From: an uncultured Chitinophagaceae bacterium
GTDB taxonomy: Bacteria > Bacteroidota > Bacteroidia > Chitinophagales > Chitinophagaceae
Reading direction: 5' to 3'
NCBI GenBank assembly: GCA_963704395.1
Contig: OY969906.1
Span: 884,935 to 948,934, forward strand
Length of the DNA: 64,000 bases
Below, in pieces: positions 41,359 through 51,829 of this stretch (position 1 is its first letter; each line of letters begins with the position of its first letter). Below the pieces are notes generated by a model. That model worked only from the letters and a program-made list of their open reading frames with translations. It made no database searches and was not told where the DNA came from. Position numbers and translations under genes: made by a program.

Positions 41359-41796
41359 ATGCATATAACCAGGTTAAAGATTCAACTTCCTCAAAAATTA
41401 CTGACCTCAGCGTATCTGTTCCTCTGCGCATAACCGATATTAATTATGGGAACCATCTTGGCAACAATGCAATAGTTGACATTGTTAATGAAGCCCGGGT
41501 TCGGTTTTTAAAACAACATGGTTTTTCATAAATGGATATGGCAGGTACTGCTCTGATTGTAGGCGAACTTCTGGTTGAATTTAAAAACGAATCTTTTTCA
41601 ACGATGCGCCTGAGATAAAAATATTTTCAGGTGAAATATCGCGGGTAAATTTTGAGTTATTTTATGAAATATCTGCAAAAAAAATGAATCAACTATCATT
41701 ATAGCTCATGCAAAAACAGCAAAGGTCTGTTATGATTACAAAATAAAAAAAGTGAGCGCTGTTCCTGAAGAACTGAATTTAATTCTTTCTTCTTAG
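41359..41796 (+). pseudogene. Acyl-CoA thioesterase (4HBT-like) pseudogene
   Basis: RITDINYGNHLGN and EARVRFL motifs; in-frame TAA at 41529-41531 and frameshifts near 41395 and 41595. Confidence 0.8.
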
Positions 41797-42530
41797 CCAT
41801 TCCAGATTTTCCAACTCTCTTCCGCCTGAATGGCAAGCATCCTTTCCCCGTTTTCGATGGTGGCTCCATTTTTTTCGGCCAGAGAAAGAAATGAAGTTTT
41901 GGAGGGGTTATAGATCAAATCAAAAAAATAATGATCGGGAGTAACAAGCCCATAAGGCAATTTCGGGTAATCATATATGTTAGGCGCAGTGCCGACCGGA
42001 GTAGTATTAATTACTATTTGAAATTCTTTCATTATGTCCGTTACAATATCGTCATAAGAAATTATGGAAGAAGATTCATTTTTTTCCCTGCTTACACGTA
42101 AAAAATCAATATTTAATTTTCCCAGAACGAAAGCCACAGCCTTGGAAGCTCCTCCGGTGCCAAGTATCAGCGCCTTTTTGTGATTAGGTTTTAGATGGGG
42201 AAGAAAAGATTTTTCAAAGCCGGTTGTATCCGTATTAAATCCAATCCACTTTCCATTTTTTATTTGGATACAATTACACGCATTTATCCGGCTGCATTCT
42301 TCAGACAAATCATCAAGAAAAGAAAGTATATCTGTTTTGTAGGGAATTGTAACATTGAGGCCACTCAAATCAGAATTTCGTTTTAATACCGGGATTTCTT
42401 TTTCAGGTTCTTTTATTTCAAAATTCAAATATTGGCATTCAGTATTATTCTCCTTTTTAAATTTCTCAGAGAAATATTTTTGAGAAAATGAATGGCTTAA
42501 TGAGTTTCCTATTAATCCAAAAATTTTCAT
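41793..42530 (-). CDS. aroE: Shikimate dehydrogenase
   Basis: SHSFS, GLNVTIPYK, NTD, LGTGGAS, NTTPVG, DLIYNP; start overlaps the upstream stop (TAATG). Confidence 0.93.
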   Translation of the reverse strand: MKIFGLIGNSLSHSFSQKYFSEKFKKENNTECQYLNFEIKEPEKEIPVLKRNSDLSGLNVTIPYKTDILSFLDDLSEECSRINACNCIQIKNGKWIGFNTDTTGFEKSFLPHLKPNHKKALILGTGGASKAVAFVLGKLNIDFLRVSREKNESSSIISYDDIVTDIMKEFQIVINTTPVGTAPNIYDYPKLPYGLVTPDHYFFDLIYNPSKTSFLSLAEKNGATIENGERMLAIQAEESWKIWNG

Positions 42531-43300
42531 TATAAACATTCTTTTTCAAGATAAAGATGGAAAGTATCCCCGCGAAGCCCGATGCGCATAGCTTCCAGTG
42601 GGATTATCTCAGACGGAGCGATGTTACCCAGGTTGGCATTGCAACCAACTAATTCAAGAAAATAAAGTTGTTGCCCTTTCTGGGGAGCTTCCCAAAGAAT
42701 TTTTTCGGCCGGTATCTTGGTTAAAATTTCATTTACAAGACCCTGTCTGACTTCGCCACTATCACGGTATAAGCCAACATTTCCAGCCTCTCTCGCTTCT
42801 GCAATTACATAAGAAGCTCCTGCCTCTAATTCTGACTGCATTTGTTCTATCCATTTATATGGTGGCATGATATTAGTTGCATCTTTGCTACCAACTTCAC
42901 TCAATACAATTCCATGTTTAGTTAACTTTTCAATATAACCACATTTTTCAGTGTGAGGGATCGTAATAGATCCATCGCTCACTTCCATATACGTAATATT
43001 GTAATCTTTACAAAGCCGGATATAATCGTTGAATTGATTTCTGATAAGAAATGCTTCAAACAAAGTACCTCCAAAATAAACCGGAATATCAAAAGACTGG
43101 TAAAGCTCAATTTTTTCACGCAGATTGGGTGTTACATAGGCGGTTCCAAAACCAAGTTTTATAATATCTATGTGCGGATGTGCAGCGCTAATTAAATTTT
43201 TACTTTCTTCAAGGCTTAGGCCTTTATCCATTATCATGGTTATTCCGTTTTTTCTGGGCTTTGCAACTCTTTGCGGAATTTGATTTAGCTTAAAATTCAT
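42530..43300 (-). CDS. Phosphosulfolactate synthase (ComA-like)
   Basis: KPRKNGITMIMDKG, KLGFGT, EVSDG, SEVGSK, EARE, LEAMRIGLRGDT. Confidence 0.88.
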   Translation of the reverse strand: MNFKLNQIPQRVAKPRKNGITMIMDKGLSLEESKNLISAAHPHIDIIKLGFGTAYVTPNLREKIELYQSFDIPVYFGGTLFEAFLIRNQFNDYIRLCKDYNITYMEVSDGSITIPHTEKCGYIEKLTKHGIVLSEVGSKDATNIMPPYKWIEQMQSELEAGASYVIAEAREAGNVGLYRDSGEVRQGLVNEILTKIPAEKILWEAPQKGQQLYFLELVGCNANLGNIAPSEIIPLEAMRIGLRGDTFHLYLEKECL

Positions 43301-43319
43301 ATTGAAATTTTATAATGCG

Positions 43320-43365
43320 CAAATATAGTTTGGCAAAAATAAAAATGAGGTAAAATATTTTCAAA
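43320..43365 (-). promoter_or_regulatory. Promoter region of comA-aroE
   Basis: Minus-strand TATATTTG (43320-43327) and TATTTTTG (43334-43341); the latter has TTTG 20 bp upstream (43362-43365). Confidence 0.55.
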
Positions 43366-43393
43366 TTTCGGAGATACAGATTTCATAAATGGC

Positions 43394-44821
43394 CTATTTT
43401 TTCTTTTTGCCCGAACTCTTAAAATTACAGATAAGCCCGGCAATAGATGAATGTTGCAACAGGGAAGCGTCAAGATCAATAAATTGTTTTATTAATCCAG
43501 GAGCATTTTGTAAACCTTCACTTAGTTGCAATAAAGCTTCCTTTGATTTACCTAAAGAGAAAAGAGTAGCAGATTTATAATAAAAGAACAAAGGTTTATA
43601 CTCCGTATTTCTTTGGGCATTGTTTATTTGTTCAAGGGCTTCTTCGTAATATCCTGCATCATAGAGACACCTGACAAGCTCTTTCCAGCCTTTCACATTC
43701 TTGGGGCGCGCCTTAATAAAATGGGTAAAATGAATCACCGCCTCTTTTATACGTTCCTGCTTAATAAAGCATTGTGCAATAGCAAAATGGTAATCCGGAT
43801 GCGCCTTGTTGATACTCATTGCATTTTCAAGATTTTTTATGGCGCTATCCCAATAACTTTCCTGCATATAAGAACATGCAATTTTATAATATAACCTACT
43901 TTCCGTCGAATTCAAATGCACAGCCTTGCGATAATTAAATCTTGCCTGAGCAGGGTTTTTTAATTTTTCATAACACAAACCAATCGCTTCATAAATAATA
44001 TCTTCGGGCATTGAGAGTTCCAATACTTTTTGTAATGCCTCAATTGCATTTCGATATTTTCTTAACCTTAAATAAGCATCCCCCATGTTGCGATAAGCAC
44101 AATCAAATTTTTCGTCTATAACTACAGCATACTGATAAGCGTCTATTGATTTTTCATATAATTTCAAGCCCTGGTAGGCGGTCCCCAGATTGAACCACGC
44201 CAATTGGCAATAAGGATAGTCCTCAATAATTTTCTGATGAATTTGAATACTTTCTTCATTCTTACCGGTAAAGTCTGCCCAAAAACAAATCTTATACAGA
44301 GCTTCTTCATTAGTAGGTTCTTGTTCAAGAATTAAATGTAAACAATTGAAAACATTTTCAAAAACCTCATAATCATCATACACGTCAGCCAGTTCAAATA
44401 GCAATTCAATCTTGTCTTCTCCCTCAAAAACCACAACGGCTTCTTCAAGCAAGGCAGCAGCTTTATCCTGAAAATCCAATGCCAGATAAGCATCTGTTTT
44501 CAATATGTAAAGATTAATATCATTGCTATAGAGAACTTCTGCCTTTTCAAGCACACTTATTCCTTCATAATAATTTTGAGTGGCAATAAGAATATCAGCT
44601 TTTTTGATATATAAAGAGGAAGAATAAGGGAATTGATCAATGCCAAAATTTGCCGCTTCGAGAGCAAAGGAAAGATTTTCATTTTCATCGAAATAATCTA
44701 TGATTCTCAGAAAAGATTCTTCTTCAATAAAAGTAAACTTCCTGCCTGATTTAAAATTATTGTATTGCCGCAGCAATTCTTTCATTTCTTCCCGTTCCTG
44801 CCTATATTGATTGTCTTTCAT
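43394..44821 (-). CDS. Tetratricopeptide repeat protein
   Basis: Repeated TPR-like helices (AWFNLGTAY, AYRNMGDAY, LYYKIACSY). Confidence 0.9.
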   Translation of the reverse strand: MKDNQYRQEREEMKELLRQYNNFKSGRKFTFIEEESFLRIIDYFDENENLSFALEAANFGIDQFPYSSSLYIKKADILIATQNYYEGISVLEKAEVLYSNDINLYILKTDAYLALDFQDKAAALLEEAVVVFEGEDKIELLFELADVYDDYEVFENVFNCLHLILEQEPTNEEALYKICFWADFTGKNEESIQIHQKIIEDYPYCQLAWFNLGTAYQGLKLYEKSIDAYQYAVVIDEKFDCAYRNMGDAYLRLRKYRNAIEALQKVLELSMPEDIIYEAIGLCYEKLKNPAQARFNYRKAVHLNSTESRLYYKIACSYMQESYWDSAIKNLENAMSINKAHPDYHFAIAQCFIKQERIKEAVIHFTHFIKARPKNVKGWKELVRCLYDAGYYEEALEQINNAQRNTEYKPLFFYYKSATLFSLGKSKEALLQLSEGLQNAPGLIKQFIDLDASLLQHSSIAGLICNFKSSGKKKK

Positions 44822-44975
44822 AACGTATCAACTTATGCTACAAAGTAATGATAATTTTGAGATAAAAAATATTTTATTCAATTTTGCGTTTATTAAAAAA
44901 AATGATGGGTGGTATACGTTTTTCAGGAAAAAACACTAATTTTGTTAAAAATTAAAATTAATTAAGCATTCACAA

Positions 44976-45323
44976 ATGACTAAGTATTCCAAAATAGCAA
45001 CAGTTACATTACTTGTTTGCGGAGTATGTCTTTTTGCTTTTGCAGACAGAGGAACTTTTGTGAAAAAAGATAAGACTCCCCTTAATATTAAAACTAATGG
45101 AAATTTAAAAAATTCTATCCCTTTCAATCTGAAATCAGGATTAACCTATCGGGGAAGCTTTTTTTTAAACAGGCAGGTAATAGGAAACAGTATGGTAAGC
45201 GATACCTATATTTCTTATAAAAAAGGAAATACCGTTTATATTTTACCATATAAGCAAAAGATACTTATTCCTGAATATAGTCAAAAGGACGGCTATAAAT
45301 TAATTATCCGGGGAAGAAAATAA
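44976..45323 (+). CDS. Small secreted hypothetical protein
   Basis: Signal peptide ending AFA, followed by a terminator. Confidence 0.7.
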   Translation: MTKYSKIATVTLLVCGVCLFAFADRGTFVKKDKTPLNIKTNGNLKNSIPFNLKSGLTYRGSFFLNRQVIGNSMVSDTYISYKKGNTVYILPYKQKILIPEYSQKDGYKLIIRGRK

Positions 45324-45346
45324 TAAATTGATTGTATAATGTAATA

Positions 45347-45374
45347 AAAGGCCTGCGATGATGCAGGTTTTTTT
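45347..45374 (+). terminator. Rho-independent terminator
   Basis: CCTGC-gatgat-GCAGG followed by a T run. Confidence 0.7.
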
Positions 45375-45440
45375 ATTAGCCCATTTTTTACACAAATACT
45401 CCTTTGAAGAGCAGAGATCTTTTAGATTCGTTACTGAAAT

Positions 45441-46097
45441 CTATTTAGCCTTTGTTTCTTCGTAAGTGAGAACTCTGAATCCCGATTTAGGAATTTCAAA
45501 TGCTGACATGGGGACAGAATTATATGTAATTTTTGAAAGGGTAAACTTGAGTATCATTTTGCCGGTTTGCATTTCATATTGCACAGGCAAACCGGGTAAA
45601 GTTTTAAATTGAGCATCATAGGACTTATTGGCCGGATTTACCTCAGAGGTATAAAAGACTGTAAAACTGGTTCCATTCTTTAATTTAGCCAAGGCTTTTT
45701 TACATTTGAATCCCGCAATTGTTGCTGTCTCCCCTGTGTTTTCAAAAACGATTCCATCATACTTTTCATTATTATTTTTCCAGTTTTGCGGGGTAAGAGT
45801 TATCATCAACTTTTGGCCACTATAATCTTTTAAAATAACAGCGGTCCCCTCAGAAGCATCATAAATAGTAGCTTCACGGCCAAGACTGCTTACCAGCTCA
45901 GTTTTACTTTTATCCCCTTTCAAATAAATAGTAGTGGTTGCGCCATCAAGCATATCAGCCATTTTAGGCTGGCCACGTCCCGTTTCTACAGACATATTGT
46001 AAACCAAGGTTCCTTCATTGAACGTCTTCTGTGCATACAAGTTTGATGAAAATAGAATACTGCCAAGGAAAAATATAGTAACCGGACAACATTTCAT
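45441..46097 (-). CDS. Secreted DUF4412/GLPGLI-like protein
   Basis: Signal peptide, TIAGFKCKKA, LPGLPVQY, FEIPKSGF motifs. Confidence 0.7.
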   Translation of the reverse strand: MKCCPVTIFFLGSILFSSNLYAQKTFNEGTLVYNMSVETGRGQPKMADMLDGATTTIYLKGDKSKTELVSSLGREATIYDASEGTAVILKDYSGQKLMITLTPQNWKNNNEKYDGIVFENTGETATIAGFKCKKALAKLKNGTSFTVFYTSEVNPANKSYDAQFKTLPGLPVQYEMQTGKMILKFTLSKITYNSVPMSAFEIPKSGFRVLTYEETKAK

Positions 46098-46169
46098 ATT
46101 ATCTATTTAATGCAAATAATGTATCAATTTATAAAATAAGAATACTTATTCAAAGGTGTTCATATTGAC

Positions 46170-48029
46170 TCATTTCCTTTTCTTTATAGAGTCAGCTTTC
46201 TCTTTCATCGTCTTGAGTTTCGCATTTGATTCCTGCATAGCCGTCATTCGCTCCTGCCATTTACTTTGGGTCTTTGGTTTCTTTTTATTTTCCTGCAATT
46301 TGGCCATTATTTTATCATGGTCAATTATATATTTTTGAATCACTAACTGAATAAGAAGAGTAATGGAATTGGAAACTGTATAATACCAGGTAAGAGCGGC
46401 CGGCATCCTGTTAAAGATTCCAATCAAAAAGACTGGGAAAATATAAGGAAGATATTTCATTACAGGATTGCTGTTATCCTGCATATTACTCATGCCATAA
46501 ATTGAAATCAACATACTCGTTATGGCCGCAGTAATGGTAAATAGGCTTACATGATCTCCATAAAAAGGAATACTAAAAGGCAGATGATAGATAGAATCAT
46601 AGGTCGACAAATCTTTTGCCCACCAGAAACCTTGCTGACGAAGCGCAATATTTGAATTAAAGAAATCATACAAAGCGAAAAATATAGGAATCTGAAATAA
46701 TGCAGGAATACAACCTCCTAAAGGATTAACGCCGGCACTTTTATATAATTTCATTTGTTCCATACCAAACGCCTGCTTATCATCTTTGAATTTTGATTTT
46801 AAAACTTCCAGTTCAGGCTTTAATAATTTCATTTTAGCGCCACTTAAATAACTTTGGTAAGTGAGTGGAGAAATGAGTAACCTTATAATTATCGTCATTA
46901 AAGCAATTACCAAACCATAGCTTTTTATTTTGCCGGAAAGAAAATTAAATACCGGCATAATAAAGCCTCTGTTAATGTATTTTACAAATGCAAGGATTCC
47001 GCTACCGAGGGGAACCATATTGAACATTTGGTTTCCATATGATTTAAGTATTTTATAATTAGTGGGCCCATAAAAAAGTTGAAAAGGAAGAACTACATCA
47101 CTCCCCGGAGGTACATCCAATCTTAAATTGGCGGTAGCTTCCGCGATAATATGCAGACTTGTATCCTTAGGCGATTCCCAATTTACTTCACCATTGGCAA
47201 ATTTGTCTTTGGCAACAATGGCAGCCGCAAAAAATTGTTGGTTCAATGCAAGCCATTCCACCGGCCCAGAAAATTTTTTATCATCACTTCTGCCTTCTCC
47301 AATGTGCTCGAAATCATATTCTCCATTCTCAACAAAAGAAATATGGGATTGCAATGTTTCCCAATTCATATCTTTTTCAAGTTTCACCGCCTTTACTTTC
47401 CAAAGGAGATTTAGGGTATTTTGTGTCACCAGCTTGTTAGCTCCATCCAGTTTTATATTAAACCCAATCATATAATCATCAGGCTTCAAAATATACTGGT
47501 GCACAATTGATTCACCATTATTGGTTTGTAAACGAAAACTAATAATTTGACTACTGTCAGGCATCGTTTGCACCGCTGAAGGAGTAAAGAGCAGGTCAGA
47601 GGTTTGTGCTGTTTGATTTGGGCCCGTATTTATCGGGTATGAAATATTATTGAAACTTCCATCCTGCAATATGAGAGGTTTTCCACCGGAGGTTTTAAAA
47701 TTTTTTATTTCAATTTTTTGGGGCTGACCTCCCTTATTGGAAAAAGTAATTTTAAGCAACTTGGTTTCTACGGTAATTAATTGCACTTTACCTGAAGTAT
47801 CCTGCTTTATACCGGCTAAGGAAGAATCCTTTTTTGCAGTTAAAGAATCCCTGAATGTTGCGGCATTAATTGAGGTATCTGCTTTTGGCTTCAACCTGTT
47901 TAGAGAATCCTGAATATGTTGTCTTTGTTTCTCAGCATCCATCTGGCCCTGCCTGGTATAAAAGAAATACCCAAAAAATAAAAGAGCTAATAATACAAAA
48001 CCGATAACCGTATTCCTATCCATTCCCAT
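46170..48029 (-). CDS. yidC: Membrane protein insertase YidC
   Basis: MDRNTVIGF, large periplasmic domain, NPLGGCIPALFQIP, ALTWYY; TACATTTG -7 box at 48047-48054. Confidence 0.96.
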   Translation of the reverse strand: MGMDRNTVIGFVLLALLFFGYFFYTRQGQMDAEKQRQHIQDSLNRLKPKADTSINAATFRDSLTAKKDSSLAGIKQDTSGKVQLITVETKLLKITFSNKGGQPQKIEIKNFKTSGGKPLILQDGSFNNISYPINTGPNQTAQTSDLLFTPSAVQTMPDSSQIISFRLQTNNGESIVHQYILKPDDYMIGFNIKLDGANKLVTQNTLNLLWKVKAVKLEKDMNWETLQSHISFVENGEYDFEHIGEGRSDDKKFSGPVEWLALNQQFFAAAIVAKDKFANGEVNWESPKDTSLHIIAEATANLRLDVPPGSDVVLPFQLFYGPTNYKILKSYGNQMFNMVPLGSGILAFVKYINRGFIMPVFNFLSGKIKSYGLVIALMTIIIRLLISPLTYQSYLSGAKMKLLKPELEVLKSKFKDDKQAFGMEQMKLYKSAGVNPLGGCIPALFQIPIFFALYDFFNSNIALRQQGFWWAKDLSTYDSIYHLPFSIPFYGDHVSLFTITAAITSMLISIYGMSNMQDNSNPVMKYLPYIFPVFLIGIFNRMPAALTWYYTVSNSITLLIQLVIQKYIIDHDKIMAKLQENKKKPKTQSKWQERMTAMQESNAKLKTMKEKADSIKKRK

Positions 48030-48096
48030 ATTTAAAAATTAGTGTGCAAATGTACGCAAACTTTACAGTTCGTCCGATTGAAAAATGATGTTCGAT

Positions 48097-48129
48097 TAAA
48101 AAAAAATGCCCCCGATAAAGAGGGCTTTT
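48097..48129 (-). terminator. Terminator after rplY
   Basis: Minus-strand GCCCT-ctttatcg-GGGGC followed by ATTTTTTTTT. Confidence 0.6.
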
Positions 48130-48145
48130 ATAAAATAACATTTGT

Positions 48146-48811
48146 TTATTTTTTTGCTGGTGCCGCTTTGGCGGGAACAGTGGCCTTAGAATCGCCGGCC
48201 GAGGCTGCTTTGGCATCAGGAGTTACAGCAACAGCATCAGGAGCCGCTTTGGCTTCCTCCTGTTTAAGTTGGCGGGTTAAAGTAACTGATGCTACCGGAA
48301 TTCTCGGAGAATTTAAAATTTCCATGTTCTCTGCTTTCACATCCTGTACACGAATATTTTCATCTAATTTGAGATCGCTGATATCCAATTCAATATGTTC
48401 TAATAAATGCTTAGGGAGCGCCTTTACTTTTAGAGATTTTATTTTTAACACTAATTTCCCACCTTCTTTAACACCTATCGGAATGCCAGTAAATTTCAAC
48501 GGAATATTTACGGTAACCCTTTTTTCAGGAACAAGTTCCAGAAAGTCCACATGGATCAATTGGTCACTTACTTTGCCAAACTGAAGGTCTTTCAACACAC
48601 ATTTGTAAGATTTCCCTTCAACTTTAATTTCTGCCAGCATAAAATCAGGCGTATAAATAATGTTTTTTAATGCTGATGCCGGAGCCGAAAAATTAATCTC
48701 TTTTGCACCTCCGTAAATTACAGCAGGCACTTTTTCCTCAGAGCGAAGCCGGCGGGTGGCTGTTTTGCCAAATTCGGTCCTGATTTGTCCTTCAATTGTA
48801 ATTGATTTCAT
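48146..48811 (-). CDS. rplY: 50S ribosomal protein L25/Ctc
   Basis: VPAVIYGG, HVDFLEL, GVKEGG; TACCTTTG -7 box at 48838-48845. Confidence 0.96.
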   Translation of the reverse strand: MKSITIEGQIRTEFGKTATRRLRSEEKVPAVIYGGAKEINFSAPASALKNIIYTPDFMLAEIKVEGKSYKCVLKDLQFGKVSDQLIHVDFLELVPEKRVTVNIPLKFTGIPIGVKEGGKLVLKIKSLKVKALPKHLLEHIELDISDLKLDENIRVQDVKAENMEILNSPRIPVASVTLTRQLKQEEAKAAPDAVAVTPDAKAASAGDSKATVPAKAAPAKK

Positions 48812-48912
48812 GATAACTATTTTATTTTTTTGAGGCGCAAAGGTAGGAATTTTAAATAATTCTTTAGACGAATTTTAAATTGCGGAACTACCCGACAACC
48901 AATACCTAATTC

Positions 48913-49875
48913 TTAACCAATTAAATTCTTTTTATGAATCTTGCTTCTTATGAAAAGGCTATTGATGCTTTTATTTTCATATGCATTACGTATAGCTATC
49001 GCAAAAAGATCTGCTACCGAAACCACCTTTATTTTATCAATTTTTTGTTTAATGGGAATAGTATCGCACACTACCAATTCGTCCAAAACGCTGTTTTGGA
49101 TATTTTCATAGGCATTATTACTAAGCACAGGATGCGTGCAAAAAGCCCTGACGCTTCGGGCACCTTTTTCCAGCAATAACCCTGCGCTCTTGCACAAAGT
49201 TCCGCCGGTATCACATATATCATCTATCAACACGATATCCCTATCTGTTACATCACCTATTACAACCATACTTGCTATCTCATTTGCCCGCCTCCGGTGT
49301 TTATCGCAGATTACCATATCCACTTCAAAGTAACTGGCTATTTCCCTTATTCTGTTGGCGCTTCCCACATCGGGTGCAGCAAAAGTGAGATTTTCCAAAT
49401 CAAGGTCTTCAATGTAAGGAATATATATAGCAGAAGAATCCAAATGGTCAACAGGAATATCAAAATAACCTTGTATTTGCGGCGCATGTAAGTCCATAGT
49501 AATTATCCTGTCGGCACCGGCGGCCACTAACATATTAGCTACCAATTTAGACCCAATGGCAACACGAGGTTTATCTTTTCTGTCCTGCCGGGCATAGCCA
49601 TAGTAAGGAATTACAGGAATTACTTTATACGCCGATGCACGTTTTGCCGCATCTATCATCAACAATAATTCCATTAAGTTATCTGTTGGTGAAAAAGTGC
49701 TTTGAATCAAAAAAACAAATTGGCCACGGATGCTTTCGAGGTATTCGACACCGATTTCTCCGTCGCTGAATTTCTGAATATTAATTTTCCCCAATGGCTC
49801 GCCAAACCTTAATGCTATTTGTTTGGCAAGATATTGGGATCCTGTGCCTGAAAAGATTTTTACGTTAGGATGCAT
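48913..49875 (-). CDS. prs: Ribose-phosphate pyrophosphokinase
   Basis: FSDGE, YARQDRK, MDLHAPQIQGYF, DDICDTGGT. Confidence 0.97.
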   Translation of the reverse strand: MHPNVKIFSGTGSQYLAKQIALRFGEPLGKINIQKFSDGEIGVEYLESIRGQFVFLIQSTFSPTDNLMELLLMIDAAKRASAYKVIPVIPYYGYARQDRKDKPRVAIGSKLVANMLVAAGADRIITMDLHAPQIQGYFDIPVDHLDSSAIYIPYIEDLDLENLTFAAPDVGSANRIREIASYFEVDMVICDKHRRRANEIASMVVIGDVTDRDIVLIDDICDTGGTLCKSAGLLLEKGARSVRAFCTHPVLSNNAYENIQNSVLDELVVCDTIPIKQKIDKIKVVSVADLFAIAIRNAYENKSINSLFIRSKIHKKNLIG

Positions 49876-49950
49876 ATAAAAATAATTATGATGGCAAATA
49901 ATTAGTTTGGCGAAATTATAATTAATATTTTTGGAAATAAACTCAAAAGC

Positions 49951-50505
49951 ATGGAAAGTGTTAACAAGTCATCCACCTCTAATAAAAACTGGGCCGTAGA
50001 AGACATCCCCAGGGAAAAACTTTTGACAAAAGGAAAAGAGAGCCTGAGCGATTCAGAATTACTTGCCATTTTAATCAAGCCGGAAAGTGGAAAAGACAAT
50101 GCCGTTGATCTAGCCAAGAAAATTTTAAGATCTGGCGATGATAATTTTGATGAGTTGGGTAAAGTTCCCTTTAAAGAAATGAAGTCTATCAAGGGATTTG
50201 GAGAAATGGGAGCCGTTAATTTGGTGGCTACTTCAGAACTGGGAAGACTAAGTAAGAGAGGAGAAGTACCAAATAATAATAACCTATATTCGAGTAAAGA
50301 ACTTGCCCAATACCTAATGTCAATTTTCAAAGATTAGACCTACGAAGTTTTCAGAGCCTTACGGGAATCTAAAGCCTGGCCGTGCGGAAGATGGGCGAAC
50401 TGCCAAATTAAAAGCGCCCGCAAACTTTTAGACATGTAAGCAGTTGATCATCTGATAGTAAGCAATGACGGATATTATAGCGTTGCAGATCAGGGAATGA
50501 TGTAA
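49951..50505 (+). pseudogene. radC: RadC/JAB family pseudogene
   Basis: EDIPREKLL, LSDSELLAILI; TAG at 50335-50337; remnants GNLKPGRA and DHLIVSNDGYYS; central segment with HNHPS absent. Confidence 0.82.
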
Positions 50506-50761
50506 GGTATAGTTTTTAGTTCGCAGGTTCACGCTCCCTCCGTTAAAAATGTTTTATTTGCAAATATTCAAGGATTAAAAGATTTAAAAGTCAGGCAAAA
50601 ACCAAGGTAATCTTTTGGAAAGAAATTTTTTCTTTAACCTGTACAGGAATATTCCAAAAAGATTTGGAATTTAAAGATCAGATCAGCGGATCCTCCGGAC
50701 CAATATGGGATATTATAGTCAAAAGATTTGCAAAAAAGAGAACTTATAGAGATTCTATTTG

Positions 50762-51829
50762 TTACATAGTTAAATTAATCCCTGAAAATACATATCCAAA
50801 TCCGCATATACTTTTACCCTTTTGACAAGTCAGTACTTTTGTTGCCCTTGCTGTAAAGCTACTTGCTTCTCCAAGGAAGTTATGAGGTTTATTAGCAAAT
50901 TCTCTTTTTAAGACCGCCCAAACATTTTCAGCAGCTTTAAGATCGGGGCTATGAGGAGGTAAAAAGATGAATGCTAAATTTTCCGGCAATACTAAGGTCT
51001 TTGTTTTGCGGAAAGCGCCATTATCCATTATCATTATTTTCAATTCCGTTGGATGCTGTAAGGACAAGAGATCGATAAAAATCTCAAAAGCCCCTCCCTT
51101 GCAATAAGGCATTTCCATTAGGAATTTATCTCCACTGATTGGCGAAAATGCTCCAAAAAGATATAAGGTTTTAAGGATATGGTGGAAAGGGTAGATTGGC
51201 TCTATCCTCTTTGCCGTTGATGCTTTACCATTCCCGGTGAACAGCCCAAACCTGCTTTCGCCTTGAAAATACAGATTAACAGATGCGAATTTTACAAATG
51301 ATTGTAAAATTACTTCCTGACACTTTTGACCAAAGTTCTTTTAAAAGTGTCAGGAAATAAATCATCTTTTTTTATATGGCCTTTCCCGGCTATTTTTATT
51401 TTGCTCCCGAAAAAACGTTGGGTATATTTTACCAAAGTAATACATTTCATGTCCGGGGGGAATTCTTTGTTCACCCATTCTAAAAGTCCATTGTATCCTA
51501 TAATTGGATTCTTTGGATCGTTTAATTTCTTCCCATGCGCTTTGTGCATCTCTTTGAAAACTACGCTCTCTTTAAATCCTCCAACTCGTCCATGAGTTAA
51601 TAAGGGCGTAATGCCTTCCTTGTTATATTGATTGCGCCACTTAACAATGCTGTTATCGTTGATGCCGGTAATCTCCGATAAGGCTCTTTTAGAAATTCCT
51701 GTTTTACCATGTTTTTTAATTTCTATTACCATTAATAAACGTTTGCAGACTAACTCTCCCTGTTTGTGTTGAAGGGTGCGAAGTTCTTTAATTGTCTCTT
51801 GTAACTGTAATCTGAAAAGGTTTTGCCAT
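50762..51829 (-). mobile_element. Degenerate IS630-family element (transposase pseudogene)
   Basis: HTH part (51310-51829, frameshifted) plus DDE_3 part: QGESRFG (first Asp lost), DNGAF, LPPHSPDLKAAENVW; ends not resolved. Confidence 0.8.

Noticed and set aside
48042-48584. 180-aa ORF antisense to rplY
   Set aside because: Shadow of the real gene; the same applies to the many short antisense ORFs in the track
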